Source: an uncultured Acidimicrobiales bacterium (GTDB taxonomy: Bacteria; Actinomycetota; Acidimicrobiia; Acidimicrobiales; Ilumatobacteraceae). Taken from it: a stretch of DNA of 64,000 nucleotides. Positions 55,871-64,000 of the stretch are shown here, in pieces. Location: contig CAWBTA010000005.1 in the NCBI GenBank assembly GCA_963791625.1, positions 138,508 through 202,507 of the forward strand. The letters are read 5' to 3'. Position numbers and translations under genes: made by a program. The notes beneath the pieces were generated by a model. The model worked only from the letters and a program-made list of their open reading frames with translations, was not told the DNA's origin and did not search any database. Position 1 is the stretch's first letter; each line of letters begins with the position of its first letter.

Positions 55871-56601
55871 TCGACTCCCTCACTGTCGAGTTCGTCGGCT
55901 CACGGGCACCGCGGCAACGTGTAGACCGTCACACCCACGCCATGTCGGCATAGCTCTTCATCGACGACATCGGCGACAAGTTCCCGATACCCTTAACACT
56001 TGACCCGTTCCGATTCTCGGCATGTGTACGGTGGCATCCAGCCGCAAGGCCGCCCGACGAACCTCACGAAGACCGTCGCGGAAGCCCCCCTGGTACCGTA
56101 TGATGCTGCCTCATCGCTCGCCCCGAATCCTTCTTGGGCGACGACGCTCGCCACGAAGACGCTCTCATCAGCACTCAGGATGTGCGCGTTTCCGAGTTGC
56201 AGATTCGTGGGCGATGCAATTGTCCAGTTGTGGAATGCGTCAGCGTTACGCGTTTGTACTGAGTTGACAGTTGACCCGCAAACCCTCTCTTGCCCCAGGC
56301 GCGCGCTCGATCATCGACGACGTGCACAATAAGTCGGGCGTGGCCGTCAGCGGGAGGCTCCGATGCGTTGCCAGTGACATACGCCAGGTGCGTGGAGTCG
56401 TCCGCGTTTCTGTTCAAAAGAGGATGTACGAGGGCGAGCACACGGGGATATCGGCGACCCGGATACGCCGGGGTGCCGACTGCCTGTACGTGGAATGCCC
56501 CAGGTTTTCCCCAAGATCATCAACGGACTTCGACGTGAAACCTAGCCGCCGTGCAGGAGGCGAGCGAGCGAGAGTCGATCTGTTCGCCACGCTCGACCGG
56601 C

Positions 56602-57273
56602 TCACTCCAGGTTCTTGAGGCCGTCGCATAGTGTCGAGCGTGGTAAGGCAGATGGTTCATCGACGCGATCCGAGACACGCGAGGTAGCGATGCACGCGAC
56701 CTGATGTGTGGTCCCAGAAACCACGCGCCGCAGTATCGCCTCGGTCGAAACATCGAACTGCGCCCGCATCTGCATGATCACATCGATGTCGAGCGGCTCG
56801 GAATCGATGTCGTCGATTGGAAGGGCGATGTTCGGCATGAGAAGTTCCGAGGCAGCGATGTTGCAAAGCAGTTCGAGTTGCCAGTCGTCGCTGTCCTCAT
56901 CGGGTACGGCTCCGAGCCCCGTCCGGTAGCGAACAGCCGACGCCGCGTCGGCAAAGAACGAGTGCGCTATCTCGTGCGCTATCGAGAACCGAAGGCGCCC
57001 TCGTGGCCGCCGAGGGTTGTACTCGATGGTTGAACCGCTGGACCCAGCCACTATTCGCGGGTCGGTGACCGTGTCAAGAGGTACGACGTCAAGTCCAAGC
57101 AGCCGAGCCAGCTGGAGCGGATCGAAGGGTGGCCCGGTCCAGCCGTCTGCTGCGGCTCGAAACACAGCGTCTCGTGCTCGGTCGACTATCGCAGCAATCG
57201 GATCCTTCCCCTGCGCGAACTCGCGAACAGATTCGTTGGTCCACTGATCGCCCATTCGCGCAAGCCTACGCAT
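56602..57273 (-). CDS. ImmA/IrrE-family metallo-endopeptidase
   Basis: HExxH motif SIAHEIAHSFF within a COG2856-type domain. Confidence 0.8.
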   Translation of the reverse strand: MRRLARMGDQWTNESVREFAQGKDPIAAIVDRARDAVFRAAADGWTGPPFDPLQLARLLGLDVVPLDTVTDPRIVAGSSGSTIEYNPRRPRGRLRFSIAHEIAHSFFADAASAVRYRTGLGAVPDEDSDDWQLELLCNIAASELLMPNIALPIDDIDSEPLDIDVIMQMRAQFDVSTEAILRRVVSGTTHQVACIATSRVSDRVDEPSALPRSTLCDGLKNLE

Positions 57274-57391
57274 TGTGGTAGCTCAATCACTGCCAGGCGG
57301 GACGCCACCCATTGCATTATTCGGTTTGGTGGCACCCGAAGACCTGAATCGATTTGCCTGCGGACCGCAGCCTTCCGGTTACTGTCAGTCC

Positions 57392-57957
57392 ATGGACGTC
57401 ACCGATCTAGAGATGCTACATCCGCGACTGTTCCATATGGCAGACGCGAACAGTTGGGACGGGATACGGACACACGGCCTGTTGTCCACATCTCGCCGCC
57501 CGATCTCTTTGAGGTCGAGGAACCGCGGCGCAGCTCGATCGAATCCGATCGTCGACCGGAAGCTGTTCAGCTCAGCCACGCGAGACACGGTGTTGTGAAA
57601 ATTCGGGACAACAAGCCGATGACAACTCCGGCGCTGGAGAAGTGTCTCCAAGACGGCATGACACCAACCGATTGGTATCGAAATCTCACCGGCGTTCTTT
57701 TCCGGCTGACGGCCGAGCGAGTCGAGACTCTTCTTGACGCACGCACAACCGCGGCCGCCCCCACCTCGTACTCACGCTCGACACGTCTTCGCTGCTCCAA
57801 GCCCACCTTCCTCGGATATCGCTTAGCCCGATCAACAGCGGTGCGACCCTGTACAAGCCTCCACCACGAGGAGCAGCGACGTTTCGCTCCGTCGCTGCCT
57901 ATCCATGGGACGAGGACCGGCGGCGGCGTGCCGCCGAGGACGCTATTGTCGAACTGA
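57392..57957 (+). pseudogene. Unknown frameshifted gene divergent from immA (N-terminus loosely DarT/DUF4433-like)
   Basis: MDVTDLEMLHPRLFHMADANSWDGIRTHGLLSTSR then a frame switch to ...TDWYRNLTGVLFRLTAERVETLL... Confidence 0.25.
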
Positions 57958-58155
57958 CAGTCGACGAGGGGGTCACGACATTATGCAATCTCATCGCTGC
58001 GCACTTGCGCAACCCGGACGGTTCGGTCGAGGACTTAGGATGAACACCCAACACGCTCGTCCGTACGATCGCCCAATGTTCGACGTGCCCGGCTCGTTCG
58101 TCGCGCCGCCGTCCATCGGCGCCGAAGTCCAACATCACGAATCCACGACCATCTG

Positions 58156-58560
58156 ATGGCCGTTGCTCCGCGGACGGACGAGGTGGGGCTCCAGCAACTC
58201 GTGTTTGAGTTTCACGTCGCGTTCGGGCTCCCCCGAGCAGACCGACCAACGATTGACGTCCCCGATGACCTTGCTGCGCTGCGGAACGCTCTGCTCAAGG
58301 AAGAGAGTGCCGAGTTGATTACAGCTTGCGAGCAGCGGACCTAGTAGCGATTGCTGACGGAATTGCCGACGTTCTCTACGTTGTCTTCGGGACTGCAGTG
58401 ACGTACGGATTGGATGCTACCAGCCTCGTTCGAGAGGTTCACCGGTCAAACATGTCCAAGCTTGGTCCTGACGGACTTCCTATACTCCGTGAAGACGGCA
58501 AGGTCATCAAGGGCCGAACTATTCTCGGCCAGACTTCAATTCGCTTCTGTTCGACACCTC
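58156..58560 (+). pseudogene. MazG-like / HisE-like all-alpha NTP pyrophosphohydrolase, interrupted by a stop/frameshift
   Basis: LQQLVFEFHVAFGLPRADRPT...LRNALLKEESAELITA | DLVAIADGIADVLYVVFGTAVTYGLD...VHRSNMSKLGPDG..REDGKVIKG across two frames. Confidence 0.55.
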
Positions 58561-58595
58561 GCACTAATTGTCAATCGCGGACCAGCCGAAACACC

Positions 58596-58663
58596 CGTTA
58601 TCCCTGGTCACGAAAACACGGCAAGCCGAATTCCCAAGCCGGCGAACGCCGGTCCGTGTGCCC
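58596..58663 (+). repeat. Degenerate internal copy of the att/tRNA-3' region (relic att of a tandem insertion)
   Basis: GGTCACGAAAAC-CG--AAG---AATTCCCAAGC-----AACGC-GGT-CG....CCCGCTCC aligns with the 63599-63669 attR context, including 30 bp of flanking sequence, with a deletion inside the T-arm. Confidence 0.5.
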
Positions 58664-59129
58664 GCTCCCATTGTCTTCCCTGGCCAAAGGGAATTTTTGT
58701 GGGCCGCTGATGAGTCGCCCGATCATGGCCGTAGACGGGAACGGCTCGCAGTCGGCGCAGCTACGATGAAAGTGTGACAGTTGACCTTGACACGCTGCCT
58801 TCTCAGCTTGCCCGCACCATCCGGGCGGCACGTCTGCGCCGTGGCGTGATACTCCGAAACCGTGCAGCTCGACCGGGCCTGACCCGATCATAGCGAATGC
58901 GTGCCGGTCTAAGTTGGCCGGCCGACCCAACTGGTTACTTCTCGACAAGCTCACTCCACCCTGAAGCCCGAACAGTGCCCTAAAGGCGTAGACCTGATTA
59001 CCTGAAGATCCCTGGCACTTTCCTGCTTCACGCCTGGCCAAACCGTTCTCTGTATTCGACCTCTCGAGCGGCGTTTCCAGTGTCGGCTGAGCGACCGAAT
59101 AGCGCCAAGTACGCGAAGGGCCAAGGGCA

Positions 59130-59416
59130 CCCTCCAGCAGTAGCGCAAGATTGCAGCGCAGCTTGTGAATGGCGACCGCCAGAATGAAGCCAAAGTCGAT
59201 GTTCACGTCGTCGTAGCACATGAACTTGAAGAACGAGTGGACGGTGTTCAGCAGAAGAAGGGGCAGTACGGCTATTGCAGAACGGTCGCCGAGGTAGGCG
59301 AACGCTCCGACAGCACAGCTCAGGAGAACAAGCATCCACCGAATCATCTCGCTGCCCTCGACTCGCCGTGAGAGGAAGAAGCAACTGGCTGCCATGCCTA
59401 GGAGGCTGCTGAGCAA
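59130..59416 (-). CDS. Small 2-TM membrane protein in low-GC cargo
   Basis: MIRWMLVLLSCAVGAFAYLGDRSAIAVLPLLLLNTVHSFF...; the annotated ORF continues into the att relic, which is unlikely to be coding. Confidence 0.3.
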
Positions 59417-59538
59417 TCGTCTTTGGCCGACGGGAATGGTGGCTGACGGTCGATTTGGTCGGTGGGGCAGTTCAGCCTGATCTTGTGCGGCTCGACGGTG
59501 GAAACGGTCGCGGCCTGATGACTCGCTGTCGAAGCGGT

Positions 59539-61245
59539 GGCCAGCGCTCGGTCGGGTGCCTCGTGAGCGTGCTGTGGGGTGGTTCAGGCCCGGTTCAGGC
59601 CGTGGCGATGATCCAACCGCCGTCGTGGGTGAGGCCGAGGTTGAGGAGTCGTTTCAGATTCACTGCGGCGCAGCGTTGCGACCACGCGATCCGGTTCTTG
59701 GTGATTCCTCGGTATCTCAAGCGTCGGTGGTTGTCTTTGACGAGCCATGCGATGGTCCGCTCTATCATCGGGCGATGCTGGCGATACACCGTGTCGAACC
59801 CGACCGTTCGGGCCTGGAGACGGGCGTCCGCGAGGAGTTGATGGTGTTCGTGCAGGCTGATCGAACGTCCGCCTTTCGCGGTGGTGCATGACTTGCGGAG
59901 CGGGCATGTGCGGCAGTGTTTCCCGAACGTCGCCGTCCTGGCCGGGCTGATCGTGACCGTGATGTTGGCCGGGCACGTGACCGTCCCCGAGGTCAGATCA
60001 ATGTTGAAATCATCGAGAGTGAACCCGCCCTCAACGGCAGGTTGGAGCGGACGGGGCTTGATGACCGGAGCCATCTGCTTCTTCGCGAGGTGGTCGCGGA
60101 GTTCGCCTGAGGAATACGCGCTGTCACCGAGCACTTCGGTCCCGGCCGGTTCACCATCGAGCAGTCCGGGTGCGGCTTGGGTGTCGCCGTCGTTGCCGGG
60201 GCCGAGGTCGCAACCGGTGATCAGACCGGTGTCGGGTTCGGCTGCGACGTGAGCTTTATAACCGTCACGCTGCGAACGGCGGGTCTTGTGCGCATGGCGT
60301 GTCTCCGGGTCGACCGTGGAAATCGTGCGGTCTTTCGCAGTGCCACGACTGATCCGCCACCGGCCGGGCCGGTCACCCGGCTCCACATCCTGGCCGGCAA
60401 CCAAAGCCAACAGGGCGACCGCGTCTTCCTGCACATCAGACAAAACGAGTCCGCCGTCTTGGAGATCCTCAACCGCGCCCAGCAACGTCAACGCGTCATC
60501 GACGAGTTCGGTAACGAGCCGTTCGCGGTCGACCGGATCGGCCCAATCACACGACGGACGGCCAGGCTCGAGATTGTGATGCCGCACCCGAACACCTGCG
60601 ATTTCGGGGATCAGTTTGCGGACCTTTCGGATCTGCGCTGCGAGCATCGTGACCGTGTCTTGGCGGGCGACCGTGTCGTCTAACACCGTCGAATCAAGAG
60701 CGCGTCGATGCTTACCTTTCAACACGCCAGTCTCAGCGATCACCGCACGCACGGCGTCGAAAATGCGTTGCGGAGCCTCGGACTGGCGGAGCTTGTTGCG
60801 CCACAACACCAGCACTGTCGAGTGGAACGCCTCATCCATCAACGACAAACCCGTCGCCATCTTCCAACGGATATCGGTCTCCAAACGTCCGACCGCTTCA
60901 CGGTCAGAGAGGCCTTCCAACGCCTGCAAGACCATCACGGACGCGATCACATCCGCCGGGACCGACGGGCGGCCGCGCTTCACGGGGAACAGATCAGCAA
61001 ACATCTCATCCGGGAACAACCGGTGCCGATGCTCAGCCAACAACGCGTACACAGTGCCCGGTTTCAGGAGATGGCCACACACATCCTTCGCGTCGAAAAA
61101 GGCACGATCGGAAGTCGAAGATCCCTGCATCCCCCCATTCTTTTCGATCCACGCCAACTTCGCGAATCCGACGACCAAGCAGGATTGCTCAGCAGTCTCC
61201 TAGTTGAACTACGGCAAATTGGACATTGGCGGACGATCGCTGGCC
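59539..61245 (-). mobile_element. IS1182-family insertion sequence (approximate ends)
   Basis: Imperfect terminal inverted repeats GGCCAGCGCTCG (59539-59550) and CGATCGCTGGCC (61234-61245) flank the transposase. Confidence 0.4.
59595..61178 (-). CDS. IS1182-family (IS5 superfamily) transposase, intact
   Basis: 527 aa with the N-terminal HTH region typical of IS1182 (...PADVIASVMVLQALEGLSDREAV...) and a DDE domain. Confidence 0.85.
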   Translation of the reverse strand: MVVGFAKLAWIEKNGGMQGSSTSDRAFFDAKDVCGHLLKPGTVYALLAEHRHRLFPDEMFADLFPVKRGRPSVPADVIASVMVLQALEGLSDREAVGRLETDIRWKMATGLSLMDEAFHSTVLVLWRNKLRQSEAPQRIFDAVRAVIAETGVLKGKHRRALDSTVLDDTVARQDTVTMLAAQIRKVRKLIPEIAGVRVRHHNLEPGRPSCDWADPVDRERLVTELVDDALTLLGAVEDLQDGGLVLSDVQEDAVALLALVAGQDVEPGDRPGRWRISRGTAKDRTISTVDPETRHAHKTRRSQRDGYKAHVAAEPDTGLITGCDLGPGNDGDTQAAPGLLDGEPAGTEVLGDSAYSSGELRDHLAKKQMAPVIKPRPLQPAVEGGFTLDDFNIDLTSGTVTCPANITVTISPARTATFGKHCRTCPLRKSCTTAKGGRSISLHEHHQLLADARLQARTVGFDTVYRQHRPMIERTIAWLVKDNHRRLRYRGITKNRIAWSQRCAAVNLKRLLNLGLTHDGGWIIATA

Positions 61246-62148
61246 GCCCAATTGTAGTGTTGTCGAGAAGAGCGTGGCTGAGACGAGAGCACAAGCGAAG
61301 ATCAGCGGTATTGGCGAACCGATTGGCTGGACCGGTCTAAGAGTGCGTTCCTTTAGTCGGTCGAGAGGCGATTCCGAACCACGGCGGCCGACAACAGCTG
61401 CGGTGAGATAGGCAACGTGGGGTTTGGATGCTTTTGCTGCTTCGAAGGTCTCGAATGAATACCCCTCAAGAGTCCAAGTCATGCCGACAAAGAGGATGCC
61501 GAGCCAATAGCCAAAAGACGTGCCAGCGATGGTAGGAATCGTCCCGACGCCTCCGAGGTGCAAGCCTGTGCCCAAACGAAGACCGTATCCGATTCCAACC
61601 AAACCGAGCGTGACCCAAGTTAGACGATCGGTTGGTCGGCCCGCTGCGCCGACCTCGCGGCTGTATTCTCGGACTGACTCATAGGCGACCGTTGATGCAG
61701 CCACCACCGCCGCAGCGACGATAAGGGCCCCGCGGAGGTCGCCGTCCTTCAGCGCAATCCAGCTCACTGGGAGCGCCAGTACGCGCCAACATAGGGCGAT
61801 CAGACCGGAGCGCACGGCCGCCGTACTCGGATTTAGTCTGCCGTGAGCCCGACTACTCGGGTGATGCTTGTCGTTCTCTGATTGCCTCAAGTCATTAATG
61901 GCGTAGCGGGCTTGGTAAAGCACGAACTCCAAGATCAGCGTAAAGAACGCGATTCTCCGGAAGCGAACATGGCCGTCGCTCAAAACAGACGCCAAGACGA
62001 ACGCCAGAGCGTGAATGGGTGCCTTGCTCAGTACTTCCAGTGGACGGGGAAGCAAAATGTAGCGATAAAGGAGCCTGTCGGCTGCTGGGAATCCAGCGCG
62101 AGTTCGATTGAGTTCATTCGGAAGCCGCTTGACGAGGCGTTGCCACAT
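61189..62148 (-). CDS. Polytopic membrane protein (low-GC cargo); 3' end overlaps the IS terminus
   Basis: ~8 predicted TM; GC content clearly below that of flanking chromosome. Confidence 0.4.
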   Translation of the reverse strand: MWQRLVKRLPNELNRTRAGFPAADRLLYRYILLPRPLEVLSKAPIHALAFVLASVLSDGHVRFRRIAFFTLILEFVLYQARYAINDLRQSENDKHHPSSRAHGRLNPSTAAVRSGLIALCWRVLALPVSWIALKDGDLRGALIVAAAVVAASTVAYESVREYSREVGAAGRPTDRLTWVTLGLVGIGYGLRLGTGLHLGGVGTIPTIAGTSFGYWLGILFVGMTWTLEGYSFETFEAAKASKPHVAYLTAAVVGRRGSESPLDRLKERTLRPVQPIGSPIPLIFACALVSATLFSTTLQLGGQRSSANVQFAVVQLGDC

Positions 62149-62788
62149 TCGAAGACTTCGAATATATCCGGATCGATATGATAAGAATGACGGCCATCAA
62201 GCCATACAAGCCTCCTGCTGCGAGTCGTACTACGGGTTGTCGATCAGGTTGACGGCAAGCACACCGACTCCGATGGCGATGCTGGCAGCCGGGAGCCACT
62301 GCAGGTGGGAGAGCGCACGGTGCCGCACCGACAGCGATCTTCCGCTGCTTAATGGTTGCAGAATGTGTACCAGTCCGAGGTGTAACCGCATCGTCCGGAA
62401 CATGGACGAGCGTGCGGATTTCCGAGGCCACTGATCGCAAGTATCGGCTACGCATCGTGGCAACAGTTCCCTGGACGAGGAGCACGGCCAAGACAAGGAC
62501 GGGAAGGGTGGGAACGAATGCCATGACGTACGGCGAAATCGAGGAACAGTCAGTCTTTGTCGACCCAACCTTCAGCCAATCGAAGAGAGGATGCTTCGGG
62601 CTGCATACCTGTGTCAAGAGCGCTGCGATAACGGAGAGGACGGTAATGCCGACGCCCATTACCGCCGCATTCGAGGACAGAAAGTAGCGCTCGTCGTTCG
62701 CTGCCGACTCGTAATCTCGCAGAAGCAGGTCGAGACGCTCGCGATCGTCCGCCGAGGAACTCGCTTGTCCCATCACTGACACCGGCAC
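62114..62788 (-). CDS. Membrane protein (low-GC cargo), C-terminal portion uncertain
   Basis: N-terminal half has convincing TM segments; the rest may be spurious extension. Confidence 0.3.
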   Translation of the reverse strand: MPVSVMGQASSSADDRERLDLLLRDYESAANDERYFLSSNAAVMGVGITVLSVIAALLTQVCSPKHPLFDWLKVGSTKTDCSSISPYVMAFVPTLPVLVLAVLLVQGTVATMRSRYLRSVASEIRTLVHVPDDAVTPRTGTHSATIKQRKIAVGAAPCALPPAVAPGCQHRHRSRCACRQPDRQPVVRLAAGGLYGLMAVILIISIRIYSKSSNVATPRQAASE

Positions 62789-63626
62789 CCCTGTCTGTCT
62801 GTTGAATTCGAACTATAGGCAACAAGCGGTGAGGCGACGACCGATATGAGTCAGATTACTCATGTTAACGGCAGGAAAGTTGCACCGATTCATATCTTTG
62901 TATCAACCGGTCCGGAAGAGTTGAGGTGAGCGTCACCGCAGGCTGCAACTGCCGGGGTGGCCAAGAAATTTGAGACTGGTTGTTGTCCATCGATGGAGTG
63001 TTGTCCCGAACGCTCGGACTGGAGATTCGTGGCGCTTTCGGCGATAGGGCCCCTCGCCACCGCCAGGCTCGTAAGCAGCGCCAGATCGCAGCGACCGCTT
63101 TCGTCAAGGGGCGATGGCCGAAGGGTGACGGCATTGGTGACGCGTCTGCTGGTGCAACATGATCGAGAGCCGTCAGGCCGACCCGCGTCGCCTTGCCTGT
63201 TGGCACAAGGCGGATGCGTCGGCGAGGTGGCTCGCGGTCCTGATTGGTCATGGCGGCTCCGTGTCCGACGGCCAGACTTGCTGTGGACCTAGTTCGGGTC
63301 GGGTGGGCGATGCCACCCATCCCTTTCACGCCACCGTCAAACCGACCGCATTCACGACTCAGTTCCACACCGAAGTGTCAAGCACCCAGCGGACCGCGGC
63401 CCAAAACGGTCAACCACGTACGGGAGCCTTAGTGTCAGGCATGTAACGGAAATGCACACAGAACTGCAACACATCAGCTGAAACGCCAGGGTACGTTCGC
63501 GTGCCATCTGCGTGCCACAACGGAGCGAGACGGGCCAATGTCGGGCGGACGGGGCAACACGAGGAAACATGGCTTGACCAGGCCAAACGCCCGTTTCGCC
63601 AGGTCACGAAAACGCGAAAAGGCAAA

Positions 63627-63669
63627 TTCCCAAGCTGAGAACGCGGGTTCGATTCCCGTCACCCGCTCC
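63627..63669 (+). repeat. attR: direct repeat of the tRNA-Gly 3' half (43 bp, identical to 45584-45626)
   Basis: TTCCCAAGCTGAGAACGCGGGTTCGATTCCCGTCACCCGCTCC present at both sites. Confidence 0.85.
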
Positions 63670-63732
63670 GAAAACATCAGGTGGGACTTGGCTGCCGGAC
63701 GTTGGATCCCGCTTGATGCATCTACTCGGCAG

Positions 63733-63757
63733 AACTCGGCACGAGTTTCGTGCCGAG
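63733..63757 (+). terminator. Perfect 9-bp stem hairpin just outside attR
   Basis: CTCGGCACG-agttt-CGTGCCGAG; no U-tract, so the function is uncertain. Confidence 0.3.
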
Positions 63758-64000
63758 TAGAACGGATGGGTACCGTCCGATGTTCGATCTGTGAACTCGA
63801 TTCCAATAGTCCTAGGGGTTGCGATGGACCCAGGAGTGCCACTCCCACACCTCGTCCGCAACCGCAGCACGGCGGTAGTGCTCTTAAGCGGCCTCGACGG
63901 CTTTCGGGTTCAGCCTTGACGAGTGAAAATGTGCTCCCCGTTCGCGAGCGCCGAGTGATCTTTCGGGGAAGGGTCCACCCATGCGCGGCGGATTGCGATC

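Larger units (their letters stand above)
45628..63669. mobile_element. ~18 kb genomic island integrated at tRNA-Gly: a decayed integrative/mobilizable element, probably two tandem integrations
   Basis: Bounded by the tRNA 3' end and a perfect 43-bp direct repeat. Integrase (broken) lies next to the tRNA. Contains TrwC relaxase, AbiE, Xis-like and IS1182 genes, low-GC tracts, and an internal degenerate att copy at 58596-58663. Confidence 0.75.

Noticed and set aside
59584-59604. Tandem GGTTCAGGCC duplication, considered as a CRISPR or short-repeat array
   Set aside because: Only two copies with no spacers; it is just the 3' end/IR region of the IS element. No CRISPR array exists in the window.
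62865-63626. Several 60-170-aa ORFs on both strands between the low-GC membrane genes and attR
   Set aside because: Mutually overlapping, with no motifs and no coding periodicity; treated as non-coding island flank.

Overview
This window is high-GC actinobacterial chromosome. The ~45.5 kb core contains: an ABC-2 exporter pair; a sortase fused to a secreted tandem-repeat stalk; a caa3-type cytochrome c oxidase cluster (ctaC-ctaD-ctaE-ctaF-ctaG, plus ctaB nearby); a two-component system; a DUF1800/DUF1501 pair; clpS-DUF2017; a tRNA-Glu/Asp/Phe cluster; pyrE (apparently frameshifted); an F420-type LLM oxidoreductase; purB-purA; clpB; the HspR-controlled dnaK-grpE-dnaJ-hspR operon with a HAIR operator; gpmA; a polyprenyl-phosphate sugar transferase; a cNMP-binding protein; an HdrD-like Fe-S/CCG reductase; rmlA; a Uma2 endonuclease; an SNF2 helicase plus SWIM protein pair; dcd; and a DagK-family lipid kinase. 

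Two things stand out. (1) Directly upstream of, and co-directional with, the genuine caa3 oxidase genes sits a three-gene pseudo-oxidase module. It encodes a subunit-I homologue that has lost five of the six canonical heme/CuB histidine ligands and the cross-linked tyrosine, a subunit-III-like protein, and a polytopic membrane protein with a periplasmic beta-rich domain. This is the most likely undescribed system in the window. (2) An ~18 kb genomic island (45.6-63.7 kb) is integrated at tRNA-Gly(CCC), bounded by a 43-bp direct repeat of the tRNA 3' half. It contains an internal degenerate copy of the att sequence, which implies tandem integration. It is in advanced decay: the tyrosine integrase, AbiEii, the Xis-like HTH protein, the TrwC relaxase, a PurA-like gene, a P-loop kinase and a MazG-like NTP pyrophosphatase are all broken by frameshifts. 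The PurA-like/MazG-like pairing resembles the phage PurZ/MazZ 2-aminoadenine (Z-base) module. The island also carries an intact IS1182-family transposase inside a low-GC cargo region that encodes small membrane proteins.
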